A DNA stretch of 64,000 bases, taken from positions 62,001 through 126,000 of IMG/VR virus record IMGVR_UViG_3300027793_000052, one strand, 5' to 3'. The position numbers and the translations under genes are program-made. A model generated the notes under the pieces. The model was given only the letters and a program-made list of their open reading frames with translations, was not told where the DNA came from and did not search any database. Below, piece after piece: positions 37,357-48,617 of this stretch. The stretch's first letter is position 1. Each line of letters opens with the position of its first letter.

Positions 37357-37370
37357 ATATTTATAAATAT
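37357..37370. promoter_or_regulatory. palindromic bidirectional ATATTTAT (putative late) promoter
   Basis: ATATTTATAAATAT between divergent genes 37338 and 37389. Confidence 0.6.
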
Positions 37371-37388
37371 AGTAAAAATTTTTAAACA

Positions 37389-39071
37389 ATGAAAATTATT
37401 TTAGATAAAATAAGAGAAGTATTAACGGAAAGTAGGGTTGAAGATGTAAAAAAGAGATTCCCCAACGTTGATTCACAAATTATAGATTATTTCGTAAATA
37501 ATGACCCATCCGGCAATCAAAAATATTTGGATTGGATGGTTAAAGCTATAACACACAAGCCAACATTACAAACTATTGGTAATATAATGGGTAATAATGA
37601 ATACCTTGATGGTGGTTATTGGGGTGGGACAGCCGCTTTTATTTCTGTTTTAATTAATAGATTCCATAACCTATTACCGTATTTAGTACATGAAGAAAAC
37701 GGTAAAAAGGTGGGTACTACTGATTTATATCAATATAAGTTTAGTGATAGTGAAATGATAAATTATTTGATTTTTGATTTAGATAGAGCTGAAGAACGTA
37801 AAAAAAAGAAAGAATTATCTAAAAAATTAAAATCTGAAGCTGATAAAATTTATGAAGATAAAAATTGGTTGGTTGTAAGAGCTAGGACTTGGGAGGCTTC
37901 CTGTCATTATGGTGCTGGTACAAAATGGTGTACAACTTCAAAAGAAAGTGATACCCATTTTAAACGTGAAACAGACCGTCAATTTTTGATTTATGTAATT
38001 AATAAAAATGAAACTTCTGAAAATCCATTATATAAGGTGGCTTGGCAAATACCTTATGATAAAAAAATTAATAAATACATGAAATTTGGTTTAGAAGGTG
38101 ATTGGGAGATTGATTGGTCAAAGATTAAATTGTGGAATGCCGAAGATACAAATATTGCAAATCGTTTAGGTAGTGAATACTTACTTTCTGTACCTAAAAA
38201 AATTAAGGCAGAGATTTTAAAATACATGCAAAATAAAATGGATGAGATGTATGAAAATATGGGTTATGTTGATGATCCAAATATTCAGGCATTGGTTACA
38301 TATTTGGGTTTAACACAAGAAGAGGCTGACGAGGTAATAGAAGAAAGGTATACACATTATGGTTTAAAAATTTATACAAATGATGATCATGGTTCATACG
38401 CTGTGGGAATATTTGAAGAGGCACAAAACGCTTTAAGAGAATGGGCTGAAGGTTATTATGATGACATTGGTCCTTTTGAAATAATGGGTGATAGAATTAA
38501 ATATTATGTCACAATACCTGATGCTGATAATATAGCCTCGGAAGATGCTACTTTTTATGTTGATGATATTAGTGATGATGATTTAATTGATTACGCCAAA
38601 GGTTATAGTGATGATATTGATAATCTTATTGAGGAGTATAATATTAATAGTGGTATATTGGAAGGTTTTGACGATGAAATATCTGAATTGATGACCAAAT
38701 TAGAACAACAAGAAATATCGGAAGAAGAATATAAAAAAGAAATGGAAGAATATGAGGCCGAAAAAGAAGAAATGGAAGAATATCAACCAAAATTATTAGA
38801 AAGAATACGTGAAAAATATAGGGATGAAATTTATAAAGATAAATTACGTCAGATGGAAGATGACCCATGGGATTGGTTGCGGGAAATGGGTTGGGCAGAT
38901 AGAAATGGTTTAAGTAAAAACGCAATAAATAGTGGTCTTGTTGAAATTAATCGAGAATCTTTAATTGATGACCTTGTAGATGGTTGGGATTTTGAGGTAC
39001 TTAGTGATGATGGTCGGTGGGATGAGGTCAATGTTGATAGTAGAACTTATTATATATTTAATGTTTCATAA
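37389..39071 (+). CDS. YGxxTxWC-family protein, paralog 2, with acidic C-terminus
   Basis: LTESRVED, NDPSGNQKYLDW, ASCHYGAGTKWCTT. Confidence 0.7.
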   Translation: MKIILDKIREVLTESRVEDVKKRFPNVDSQIIDYFVNNDPSGNQKYLDWMVKAITHKPTLQTIGNIMGNNEYLDGGYWGGTAAFISVLINRFHNLLPYLVHEENGKKVGTTDLYQYKFSDSEMINYLIFDLDRAEERKKKKELSKKLKSEADKIYEDKNWLVVRARTWEASCHYGAGTKWCTTSKESDTHFKRETDRQFLIYVINKNETSENPLYKVAWQIPYDKKINKYMKFGLEGDWEIDWSKIKLWNAEDTNIANRLGSEYLLSVPKKIKAEILKYMQNKMDEMYENMGYVDDPNIQALVTYLGLTQEEADEVIEERYTHYGLKIYTNDDHGSYAVGIFEEAQNALREWAEGYYDDIGPFEIMGDRIKYYVTIPDADNIASEDATFYVDDISDDDLIDYAKGYSDDIDNLIEEYNINSGILEGFDDEISELMTKLEQQEISEEEYKKEMEEYEAEKEEMEEYQPKLLERIREKYRDEIYKDKLRQMEDDPWDWLREMGWADRNGLSKNAINSGLVEINRESLIDDLVDGWDFEVLSDDGRWDEVNVDSRTYYIFNVS

Positions 39072-39108
39072 TCTTGAATAACAAGATATTTATAAAATAA
39101 AATAATAA

Positions 39109-40398
39109 ATGACATTTTTTACTAATTTAACACTTAGAGGTATTAAAAAATCAGCATTAACACATGCTGAATTAGATAATAATTTTGTTGCTCTCGACAG
39201 TGGGTTATCTAATTTACAAAACCAAGTAAGTTTTATAAGTGGCGGTAGTCAAACTCTTGCTCAAACATTGTCTAATGGCAATACATCAGGAGCGTATGAT
39301 ATTTTAATAAACACTGGTCAAAAAATAGGATTTAAGGATGGTAATAATACTTACACAACATATATTTCCAACAACCAAACTCAGGCCGGAAATAGAACGG
39401 TTTATTTACCTTTATTTGATGGACAAATTGCATATCACGCCACCGGATCACCGTTAACAACAAATTATATCTTAAAAGGCACTACAAATGGGGCTATTAC
39501 TTCGAGTAGTTTAATATACGACAATGGGACTAATGTAGGTATAGGAACGGCAAGTCCTTCTTATAAATTACAAATAAATACAGCATTAGCCGATTTTGAT
39601 GGTTTACAAATAAAAAACACAAGTACAAATGCAGCGGCAGGTGCTTATTTGTTATTTACTAATGGAAGTGGTGCTAATGCTGAAATTGTTTTAAAACAAG
39701 GTTCGTCTTTTGCTGGATATGGAGCTGCAAATGACATGACTTTTAGAGCTGGTGTAGGAGCAGCTTATATGAATTTTGTTTCTGAAAGTACTAACGGTTT
39801 TAGATTTTATCCAAGTGCAGCTGGTGGAGCATCTTTAGCAACATTAACTCCTACATTAGCTATCGCAGGAACCGAGAGAGTTGGTTTTGGTATATCGTCG
39901 CCAAACGCTAAAGCGCATATTGTGGGTGCAACCTCCGCCGCCGGCGCATACGCATTAAGGGTAGATGATAGTTCAAATAGTCCATTATTTTGTGTTCAAA
40001 ATGATGGAACGGTAGGAATTGGAACAATTAGTCCGGTTGTAAAATTACATGTAGAGGGGTTATCTTATTTAAACGGTGGTGCAAGGATTACAAGTGTCGG
40101 TATTGGTGGATATTGGGGTGGATTAGCAAATGAAATTTTAACTTTACAAGCAACAACAGGAAATCCATTAATCTTACAATATACAGAAGTTGGGCAAGTA
40201 GCTATTGGAACAAATGCACCAAACACATCATCGATATTAGATATTGTTAGTACAAATAAGGGTGTTTTATTGCCCCGAATGACTACCGCACAAAGAACTT
40301 CTATTCCTTCCCCAGCTATAGGGTTAATAGTTTATCAAACAGATGCAACAGAAGGTCTTTACATATATAAATCTAGTGGTTGGACATTCATAGCATAA
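39109..40398 (+). CDS. tail fibre-like protein 1
   Basis: Gly/Thr/Asn-rich; repeated VGIGT.SP; ST.KG.L.PRMT C-terminal module. Confidence 0.75.
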   Translation: MTFFTNLTLRGIKKSALTHAELDNNFVALDSGLSNLQNQVSFISGGSQTLAQTLSNGNTSGAYDILINTGQKIGFKDGNNTYTTYISNNQTQAGNRTVYLPLFDGQIAYHATGSPLTTNYILKGTTNGAITSSSLIYDNGTNVGIGTASPSYKLQINTALADFDGLQIKNTSTNAAAGAYLLFTNGSGANAEIVLKQGSSFAGYGAANDMTFRAGVGAAYMNFVSESTNGFRFYPSAAGGASLATLTPTLAIAGTERVGFGISSPNAKAHIVGATSAAGAYALRVDDSSNSPLFCVQNDGTVGIGTISPVVKLHVEGLSYLNGGARITSVGIGGYWGGLANEILTLQATTGNPLILQYTEVGQVAIGTNAPNTSSILDIVSTNKGVLLPRMTTAQRTSIPSPAIGLIVYQTDATEGLYIYKSSGWTFIA

Positions 40399-40440
40399 AA
40401 ATTATTAATATATAATAAAAAAATAAAAAAATAAAACAAC

Positions 40441-40710
40441 ATGAAGTACAAACATTTAAAAACAACAATTTTAGCAGGAAGTGCTAACGTAGATGTTCCA
40501 GCTAATACATCTACTTTTCAGGCGAATATCAAATTTGAAATCTTACCTGAAATAGAAGGTCATGAAATACCTGAACAATACAAAACACCTGAGTTAACTT
40601 TCTTTGGATTAGTATTTAATACATTAAATATGGAAGAAGTACTAAATCAGGCGGACAGTAAGGGTGTTGAAAGATTGAAAGAGGTTTATGGGGTGACTAA
40701 TATAGAGTAA
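40441..40710 (+). CDS. small protein after fibre gene (possible assembly factor)
   Basis: position between the fibre genes. Confidence 0.5.
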   Translation: MKYKHLKTTILAGSANVDVPANTSTFQANIKFEILPEIEGHEIPEQYKTPELTFFGLVFNTLNMEEVLNQADSKGVERLKEVYGVTNIE

Positions 40711-40722
40711 ATAACTTAAAAA

Positions 40723-42453
40723 ATGGGAAATTTAATATTAAAAGAACAATCGGTATCAGGTTTTACTGCTGCTCCATTAAACAAAATAAAAATTGCTTAT
40801 GGAAATGATGATAACCTATACAGAATTGATGATGCTAATAACGCGGTTGTAATTGGTGGCGGTGGTGGTAGTCAAACTCTTGCTCAAACTTTAGCTCTGG
40901 GCAATACATCAGGAGCGTATGACATCTTAATGAATACAACCCAACGTATAGGGTTCAAAGATGGGGATAACACTTACACAACTTATTTAAGTAACAACAT
41001 TACAACTGCGGCCAATAGAACGGTTTATTTACCATTGTTTGATGGACAGTTAGCTTATCATGCTACTGGAACACCACCAACAACAAATTATGTTTTAAAA
41101 GGAACAACTAATGGGGCTATTACTTCGGGGATAATCTACGACAATGGAACAAATGTTGGTATTGGGACATCATCACCAACAACTAAATTATCTGTTTATG
41201 CAGGAACAGTAACTAATACAGATTTATTTTCAGTAAAGATAGCTTCAAATCAAGCAGCATTAAATGTTAATGATGCGAATTGGGTTTCCATTAATTCAAA
41301 CACAAGAGTTGGTACTGAAAGTTTATATATTAATGGTACGCAAGTAACAAGTGAAATATCTATATTAGGAACTAATATGCTTAGATTTGCTGATAGTGGT
41401 TTTTCGACTATAACAAGTCCGAATTTGGATTTTGTTGGAACAATGAATGGTGGTTATCAATTTAATGGTTATGGAACATTACCGCACGGTAATTCTAACT
41501 TTTTATCGTTAATACCAAATACTAATAACGGTTCATTAGCTACTTTCTTTAATAATTTAGTTAGAATAAAGGCAAACGGTAACACTGATACACAAAAATA
41601 TTTTGCAGTAACCAGTTTCACAGCGGATACTATACCAACAGATACTTTAACTTATTTTAAAGGTTCCACCTCCGCAGCAGGTGCATATGCTTTAAAGGTA
41701 GATAACTCAAGTAGTAATCCTTTATTACATATAGCCAACACTATTAACGGACAAGCAAATGGGTTAAATCAAGGAAATGGCAATTTGGCGATGTATTACG
41801 ACACATCGGGGGCCGGATATGCTGTTTTACGTTCATTAAATTATAATTCCGTTTCTTTTGGCACACATTCATCACCTTATAGAATTATATTAGGTAGGGA
41901 TGGAAATGTTTATACAAATGACAGGTTGTTTGTGATGTTAAATGATCCCATTGCCGCAGTTACCGAAACGGTAAGTGTTGGTAGAACTACTCATGGAGTT
42001 AATGGCTCTACATCATCAATGGTCGTATTAAATATAACGATGGGTTCAACTAATTCAGGTTTAGGGTTATTTGCTATTGGTGCCACTGGTCAAGGTGGAA
42101 CAACCGGAAACGCAACGATGAATTTTAAATATGATCCAATAAGTTACAGTGGGACAGTAAATTCAGCTAATAACAATTATTATCGTGTTGCAATTGGTAA
42201 ATCCCCATCAACGGATTATAGATTAGAAATTTCAGGTGGAACAAGAATTGAATCGGATAGTTATACCACGTCGGCTGCTGTTTTAGAGTTATCGTCTACT
42301 ACACAAGGTCTATTATTACCTAGAATGACATCTACACAAGCTAGTGCTATAACGGCCGTAAATGGTTTAATTTTATATGTAACCGATACTAACTTAACAT
42401 TCACTTCTGTAGGTTTTTGGGGTTATGAGAATGGGTCATGGGTAAAACTTTAA
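40723..42453 (+). CDS. tail fibre-like protein 2
   Basis: shares ~105-aa module and C-terminal module with fibre 1. Confidence 0.75.
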   Translation: MGNLILKEQSVSGFTAAPLNKIKIAYGNDDNLYRIDDANNAVVIGGGGGSQTLAQTLALGNTSGAYDILMNTTQRIGFKDGDNTYTTYLSNNITTAANRTVYLPLFDGQLAYHATGTPPTTNYVLKGTTNGAITSGIIYDNGTNVGIGTSSPTTKLSVYAGTVTNTDLFSVKIASNQAALNVNDANWVSINSNTRVGTESLYINGTQVTSEISILGTNMLRFADSGFSTITSPNLDFVGTMNGGYQFNGYGTLPHGNSNFLSLIPNTNNGSLATFFNNLVRIKANGNTDTQKYFAVTSFTADTIPTDTLTYFKGSTSAAGAYALKVDNSSSNPLLHIANTINGQANGLNQGNGNLAMYYDTSGAGYAVLRSLNYNSVSFGTHSSPYRIILGRDGNVYTNDRLFVMLNDPIAAVTETVSVGRTTHGVNGSTSSMVVLNITMGSTNSGLGLFAIGATGQGGTTGNATMNFKYDPISYSGTVNSANNNYYRVAIGKSPSTDYRLEISGGTRIESDSYTTSAAVLELSSTTQGLLLPRMTSTQASAITAVNGLILYVTDTNLTFTSVGFWGYENGSWVKL

Positions 42454-42549
42454 TGGTAAAAATATTACAAAATAATTTTATAAAATTATATTTTACTTTT
42501 TATAAAATTATTTTATTTTTTAAATATAAAATAAAAATTTAAAATAAAA

Positions 42550-42732
42550 ATGAAAATGAAAGATAAAGAAATAACATTAAAATTTAACTTAGATGAAGTT
42601 AATGTAATTTTGACCGGTTTAAGTGAGTTACCTAGTAAAATAAGTTATGGTTTAATAACTAAAATCAAAAATGACGCTCAAAATCAAATAGAAGATGAGG
42701 ATGCAAATAAGTTAGATTTAAAAAATGATTAA
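42550..42732 (+). CDS. small fibre-associated (chaperone-like) protein
   Basis: L..DEVNVIL.GL.ELP.K.S..LI.KI motif; follows the fibre gene. Confidence 0.55.
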   Translation: MKMKDKEITLKFNLDEVNVILTGLSELPSKISYGLITKIKNDAQNQIEDEDANKLDLKND

Positions 42733-42767
42733 ACAAAAAACCCCACAATTTGTGGGGTTTTGTTTTT
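42731..42767. terminator. bidirectional terminator
   Basis: AAAAAACCCCAC-AATTT-GTGGGGTTTT between convergent genes. Confidence 0.8.
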
Positions 42768-43872
42768 AAAGTACAAACTCTGTATCAAACTCTTTTTTAA
42801 ACATATAAAGACCAGCATGTTTTCTTAAATCATTTTTAGAGTGTTCACCAATACCCATACCATAATCGTGTGAACCAACATCAGTTAAAGAATTTAATAA
42901 ATCCCAAGTCGTCATATCGGTTTTGGCGTTTTTCCAATGACGGTTTGTCAGTGTTTCCAAATTAATACCTCTTTCTTTATAAGAAGATTGAATTTCACCT
43001 ATTGGAAAAAATTTATCCAAAACCGCTTCAACACGAGCATCATTTTTATCTGTAACCTTACTACTAACCAAATCACGGAATTTTAAAACTTCATTATATG
43101 AAGCTGAAATTGTACTCATTTTTTGAACTTGATTGGTAAATATACCTTGAAATTTCTTATTGGTTTCACTTAAAGACTTAACTTCTCTCATAAATTTGTT
43201 GATGTTATCAACCGAGTTACTTTCCAAACGTGGACCCATTTCAAGACGACGAGGACCAATTAAACCATTTTCACAAACTAAACGAATTACATACGGGTCA
43301 ATAGCAATATCTTCAGTGGGACCGGCTGTTACAATAACACCTGTGTGAAAACTTTCATCTTTTAAATCAGGTACGTCAAAAGCCCATCCACTTTTAACTG
43401 TTGATATTTGAATGTTACCCTCACCAGAAATAGACATACTACCAATGTCTAAATTATTATCATTAATCACATTTTCAACCATATCAAAATAAAAATCAGG
43501 TGAAATGTAAGGTTTAGACGCGTCAGTGATAGCCACAACCATTTTAGTTGATGGTGAAATGTAAATTGACACCAACATATCTTTTGATGTGGCAATTTTA
43601 TTCTTAATAACTTTAACTAATTGATTACGAGAATTCATACCAAAAATATCGGTAAATTTACCCATAAAAGCGTCAGTTATTTTGAGAGTTTTAAGTAAAG
43701 ATTTGAAAGCGTTTGAAGATAGTTTTAAACTAACGCCTTCAATATTAATACCACCGTTACGATTTTCAGGATTTTCAAAGTCAATATTTAACTCGGAGAT
43801 TGTTAAGTTTTTACGAATTGGGTAATTGGATTTTACCTCTTTTTTAAATGTTTCAAATTTTGTGTTTTCCAT
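42766..43872 (-). CDS. DUF932-like protein
   Basis: RLVCENG motif, T.WDLLNSLT; early promoter upstream. Confidence 0.55.
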   Translation of the reverse strand: MENTKFETFKKEVKSNYPIRKNLTISELNIDFENPENRNGGINIEGVSLKLSSNAFKSLLKTLKITDAFMGKFTDIFGMNSRNQLVKVIKNKIATSKDMLVSIYISPSTKMVVAITDASKPYISPDFYFDMVENVINDNNLDIGSMSISGEGNIQISTVKSGWAFDVPDLKDESFHTGVIVTAGPTEDIAIDPYVIRLVCENGLIGPRRLEMGPRLESNSVDNINKFMREVKSLSETNKKFQGIFTNQVQKMSTISASYNEVLKFRDLVSSKVTDKNDARVEAVLDKFFPIGEIQSSYKERGINLETLTNRHWKNAKTDMTTWDLLNSLTDVGSHDYGMGIGEHSKNDLRKHAGLYMFKKEFDTEFVL

Positions 43873-43937
43873 GTAATAATATTTTAGACTACAAATATAA
43901 GTTATACTTTCAATAAATACAAATTTTTTGTTTAAAA

Positions 43938-44870
43938 TTAATCTTCCACGTCGATTAGTTCGTCATTATCAACAGGATTAGTTTCAACCAAGGTTTCTTT
44001 AATTTTGGTTTCCTCATTTTCTTGATTTTCTTGAGCTTGTTTCAATAAATTTTCCAAAAGTTTATCATTTTCGGTTTGAAAACTATCCATTTCTTTTTGG
44101 ATTTGAATGGCTCTTTCAAGTTCGTTAAATTTTTTGGAATCGTAATTAAGTTCACCAGTTTCTTTGTCTAAAACCATGTATAATTTTTTACGAATATCAC
44201 CTCTACGATTTTTAACATAAACTAAATAACGTTGACCTGTAATTTCGTCAATACGAACATACATCATTGCGGTTGTGTTATGTTTTAACTTGGTAGAACC
44301 CGCATATTCACCACCTTTTGTAATATGCTGGATAACGTCAAATGCTGTATATTTTTTTGATTGATTTTCACCCTTAGTGTGTTTAACCAATAAATTAATT
44401 AACCAAGTTTCAACAGAAGACGCTGTTAATTTGTTTTGACTATCTTTAATTTTGTCTTTTACATCCATAAAGGAGTCAATTAAAACATAATCCCAACCCA
44501 TATCTAAAGCTTCTTCAACAGCTTTTTTTGGATTTTCATAGTCAGCCAAATAAAGTGTATTTAAATTCATTAATTGAGGTAAATCTTCAGCCAATTCACG
44601 GTTATCAATTGGGTTCATTTCAGAAGAAATATATAAACAAGTCCTACCTGGATTATATTTTTCAATTCCTGACATTTTATCAACTAATAATGTGGTTTTA
44701 CCCGAACCAGGTTCACCTACAACTACTGTAATAGTGGCAGGCATTGTACCACCCTTCTTAGATATAATATTATCCACAAATTTACCACATTTTAAAGGTA
44801 TAAACACTTCAGGCGGAAAATTAAAATCCGTTAATTTTACAATTTGTACTTTTTGTTCAGACTTTGCCAT
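43938..44870 (-). CDS. RadA/Sms-like RecA-family ATPase
   Basis: GEPGSGKTT, LYISSEM, VLIDSF, HITKGG..AGS..LKH, KNR.G. Confidence 0.75.
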   Translation of the reverse strand: MAKSEQKVQIVKLTDFNFPPEVFIPLKCGKFVDNIISKKGGTMPATITVVVGEPGSGKTTLLVDKMSGIEKYNPGRTCLYISSEMNPIDNRELAEDLPQLMNLNTLYLADYENPKKAVEEALDMGWDYVLIDSFMDVKDKIKDSQNKLTASSVETWLINLLVKHTKGENQSKKYTAFDVIQHITKGGEYAGSTKLKHNTTAMMYVRIDEITGQRYLVYVKNRRGDIRKKLYMVLDKETGELNYDSKKFNELERAIQIQKEMDSFQTENDKLLENLLKQAQENQENEETKIKETLVETNPVDNDELIDVED

Positions 44871-44939
44871 ACAATTTTGTTTAGTTTTTAATTATGATTA
44901 CAAATATATAACATTTAGATTAATTACACAAATTTATTT

Positions 44940-45179
44940 ATGGAAAATAAAGAAATGGTAAATCACCCGCAACATTATGGTGGTAAAGATAATAAATATG
45001 AGGCAATTAAAGTAATAGACGCGTGGGGTTTGGGGTTTTCTTTAGGAAATACCGTAAAATACATATCTAGAGCAGGTAAAAAGAACCAAGAAAAGGAGTT
45101 AGAAGACCTTAAAAAGGCATTATGGTACTTAAATCACCATATCCAAACATTAGAGAGTAAACTGAAAGAAAATTCGTGA
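44940..45179 (+). CDS. DUF3310-family protein
   Basis: VNHPQHYG, GN.VKYISRAGKK, EDLKKALWYL. Confidence 0.8.
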   Translation: MENKEMVNHPQHYGGKDNKYEAIKVIDAWGLGFSLGNTVKYISRAGKKNQEKELEDLKKALWYLNHHIQTLESKLKENS

Positions 45180-45182
45180 TAT

Positions 45183-46889
45183 TTAATCACCCCACACCCA
45201 TTTTTTATTACCACAATCCCAAATAATGTTGTAACCACGTTCATACATTATTTGTTTTTCAGTCTTATTCGGATCATAACCATCTTTAATTAATTTATCT
45301 TTCCTAAAATTATATCTGTGCATTCTAACCAAGTCTTTGAAATACCAATAATTTAATTCGGTATTTTTTAAAAATTTAAAGCCCAATTTTTCATATAAAC
45401 CACCATCAAAATACCTGTTATCGGAATAAGATACGACATTTTTTGGTTTATAATTTTGTATGAAATGTCCGAACAATTTTGAAGCCCCACCAACTATTTT
45501 TGTGTTTAATTTATTACAAAATCTTAACATCTCATATTCATAATTGTTGTTACCCACACCTGAACGATTACCGAATGTCATAACAGAAACCAATTCGTCT
45601 TTATAATATAAACCCAAATTTATAGACGCGTTAACAGACCCTTGAATGTGGTTATTACCCAAAAATTTCGATGATTCTTTATTGGTTATTGTTTTTATAA
45701 CACACTTTCTTGCGAATATATTGGTATCGAATATGTTTAAATTAGCTTTTATAATAGATAATACAATATCTTTTTTAAATAACCACTCATCTTCAAAAAT
45801 ATGTAATAGTTTAATATTTTTATCTTTACATAATAACGTCTTATTTATGTGATATGTTTTACTTTTATTTATTTCACTATGCCAATACAATCCATCATAT
45901 TCTATGGCTAAATTTTTCTGCGGTATGAAAATATCCAATTCACAACCACCGAGTATCTTTTTATTATTAATCTCAACTAACATCCCAGTCAAATTCTCTA
46001 TATAACTAACAATATCTCTATGTGGTTTGGTGTAGTTTGATCCGTTAAGTGGGAAACAATTGATGCATATTTCATACCCCAACCTATTTCTTTGATTAAA
46101 TAAATAATTGTCTATTTTAAAAATTTTGTCACATTTATCACATTTTAATGTTAATACTTTATTTTCGTAATCAATAAAAGTATACCCACTGAAATTATTT
46201 AATTTATCTATTATTTTGTTTTTAAAAATCACATTTTTAAACTCTTCACTTTGTGAGTAGTTCTCTACATTAAATTTTGTTAAATTAGTTTTTTTAGATT
46301 TTTCTTTAACTTCTTCTAACTGAAAAGGGTTTGATACGCCGTATTTTTTAATAAGATTCTCTTTTCTTAAATTCTTTATATCGTCAGAATACCAATGGTG
46401 GGTAAAACCGTATCTTTCTAAATTAGTTTTTTTTACTTTATTTTTTATTTCATCATTATGTAAACTACATGTTACACCATACTTTTCTAAATTAGTTTTT
46501 TTTACTTTATTTTTTATTTCATCATTTCTTAAAGGACTTGTTACACCATATTTTTTTACATTAGTTTCCTTTATTTTATTTTTAGTATTTTGGTTATTTA
46601 CACCACATTTTATAGAACAGTTTTTATTATAACCCTTTTTTAGTGAGATAAATTTCACATCATTTACCCCACAAACCTCACATTTAGGTGGTTTGTTAGT
46701 ATTATTTATATATAAATAAATTTTCTCTTTAAAAGTTAAGCTGTCTTCTTTATTGAAGTTTATTATTTTTGAGTATAAATCGTAGTTATTGTCCCGTAAC
46801 CAACTTTCTCTAACCCTAAGACCGTTATTATTTTCAGTAAAATAATCCAGTAAATTTATATTATCCATATTGTATGACTTATTTATCAA
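45183..46889 (-). mobile_element. Hef-like / Vsr-type homing endonuclease
   Basis: KTNLEKYG repeats; ELDIFIP..NLAIEYDGLYWHS; FARKC; GGASKLF; IWDCG. Confidence 0.75.
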
Positions 46890-46943
46890 TAAATATATTC
46901 ATTTTTAGCCAAAGTCAAATATTTATTTAAAAAAGTGTAAATA

Positions 46944-47060
46944 ATGATAATATCAGAAAAAATATTTGAAAAGATCCTGATAGAAAGTGGAATACGTAAT
47001 ATACGTAATTTGTCTTATAGATACGATAAGGCAAAAATCTACTTTCATCAGGATCTTTGA
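46944..47060 (+). pseudogene. N-terminal 38-aa segment of the DHH phosphoesterase (not in track)
   Basis: ATATTTAT upstream; MIISEKIFEKILIESGIR...KIYFHQDL-stop; continues as DGV after an 11-nt offset. Confidence 0.7.
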
Positions 47061-48379
47061 GGGAACTTGATGGTGTTACAACGGCTATAGCTATGAAAAA
47101 ATACCTAGAAGATAACGGTATTAAGGTTGTAGAGTGTGAAGTGATACAATACGGTGACCAAGAATTTTCCATTAAAAAACCAATGGCAAGAGGTGATATC
47201 ATGCCAGTTTTAGTTGACTTCGCTCACGGTAAACCGATGTTTGTTATACATACAGATCATCACGATAAGCAAGTAGGTGCTGAAGCTGGAGCTTCCAAAT
47301 CATTTAGACACTCTAGGTCCAACGTCGAGACAATTTCTCAAATAATATCAACTAAAGAATTATTCCCTAGTTTTGATATTAATATGATTTCCACTATAGA
47401 TAGTGCTAATTACGCTAAAATGGGTATATCTCCTGAACAGGTGATGAATTATGTATTTGGGTTAGATAAAGAGAAAAGTTTAGAGGATAACAAAAAGGCT
47501 ATGGCTCTTGTTTGTAATAAACTTTTGTTGGCTTATAAAAACAAACCAAGATTTTTAGAAAGATTGGTTATGGAATCTAGTCCATCATTGTTAAACATAT
47601 ACCAAAACATAGTTAGAATGGCTAAAGAAGAGGGTTATTCCTCACCAGAGGTTATGTCACAATATTCTAAAGAATATGGTGAAACTATGAAGAATAGTGA
47701 AAATGTGAAATATGATGAAAAAACAGGTATTATTTCACAATATGGTGGTGGTTCTATGATTAAACCCGGATCTTATGACAGATACGTACCTTTTAAAAAC
47801 TTTCCTGACGCTAACTTCTTAATTATAGCTTGGCCTTTAGGTTTACTACAGGCATCATGTAACCCATTTAAACCTGAAAGGTCTATAAAGGGTATAAATT
47901 TGGGTGAAATAGCACAGGAAGTATTAAAAAAACACGAACAGGAGTTAAAAAACACAATAATAAGTGTAGACACTTTAAAATACTTCGCCGAAAAACACAA
48001 ATCTTTTTCAGAGGAGAGTGTTGGTTTTACATTTAAAGATTTAATGTCACTATATGGTGATATTGGTGAAGGTGTTAGGGGTTTAAACACAATTCCAGAA
48101 GGTGCCGCACCTGATTATACGGTTGAAAGATGGCAAAACGCTATAAAAAATGTGATGGACAAACATTACTCAACTTTGGGTGAAAGAGAAATTAAGGCAT
48201 TAAAAATGTTGTCTATAACTGGTTGGGATATTATCCAAGCAAACAGTGGGGGACACAAATGTATAACTAACATATCGGGGTTAATGTATTTCGGCAAGGA
48301 TGGTGTTCTTTGGCTTAAAAAATTACAATCCGAATTTATTGAAGAATTAAAAAACTTAATATTACAAAATGAAAACTAA
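47057..48379 (+). CDS. DHH-family phosphoesterase, main body
   Basis: LDGV, VDFAHG, IHTDHHD, SRSNVET, SGGH. Confidence 0.75.
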   Translation: MRELDGVTTAIAMKKYLEDNGIKVVECEVIQYGDQEFSIKKPMARGDIMPVLVDFAHGKPMFVIHTDHHDKQVGAEAGASKSFRHSRSNVETISQIISTKELFPSFDINMISTIDSANYAKMGISPEQVMNYVFGLDKEKSLEDNKKAMALVCNKLLLAYKNKPRFLERLVMESSPSLLNIYQNIVRMAKEEGYSSPEVMSQYSKEYGETMKNSENVKYDEKTGIISQYGGGSMIKPGSYDRYVPFKNFPDANFLIIAWPLGLLQASCNPFKPERSIKGINLGEIAQEVLKKHEQELKNTIISVDTLKYFAEKHKSFSEESVGFTFKDLMSLYGDIGEGVRGLNTIPEGAAPDYTVERWQNAIKNVMDKHYSTLGEREIKALKMLSITGWDIIQANSGGHKCITNISGLMYFGKDGVLWLKKLQSEFIEELKNLILQNEN

Positions 48380-48617
48380 ATTAAAACAAATTTTACTACA
48401 AATATTCACAACCAAAGTTGGTTGGTTAGGATTTTCTATGTTTTGTGCCATATTATTTGGTACAATAGCGGAAGATTATGAATGGGCACAAATACCTTTT
48501 ATTTTATCTTGGATTTGGCCGGTTCTTTATACTTTAATTGGTATCACATATGCTTGGATTATAAACCCAATTAGACAATACAAAGAAACTAAAAAATTAA
48601 AACAAAATAAAAAATGA
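48369..48617 (+). CDS. small membrane protein
   Basis: two TM segments. Confidence 0.6.
   Translation: MKTKLKQILLQIFTTKVGWLGFSMFCAILFGTIAEDYEWAQIPFILSWIWPVLYTLIGITYAWIINPIRQYKETKKLKQNKK

Noticed and set aside
47052-47075. prfB-like +1 frameshift or TGA read-through at CTT-TGA
   Set aside because: The downstream DHH frame is -1/+2 relative to the upstream frame; read-through meets TAG within about 10 codons
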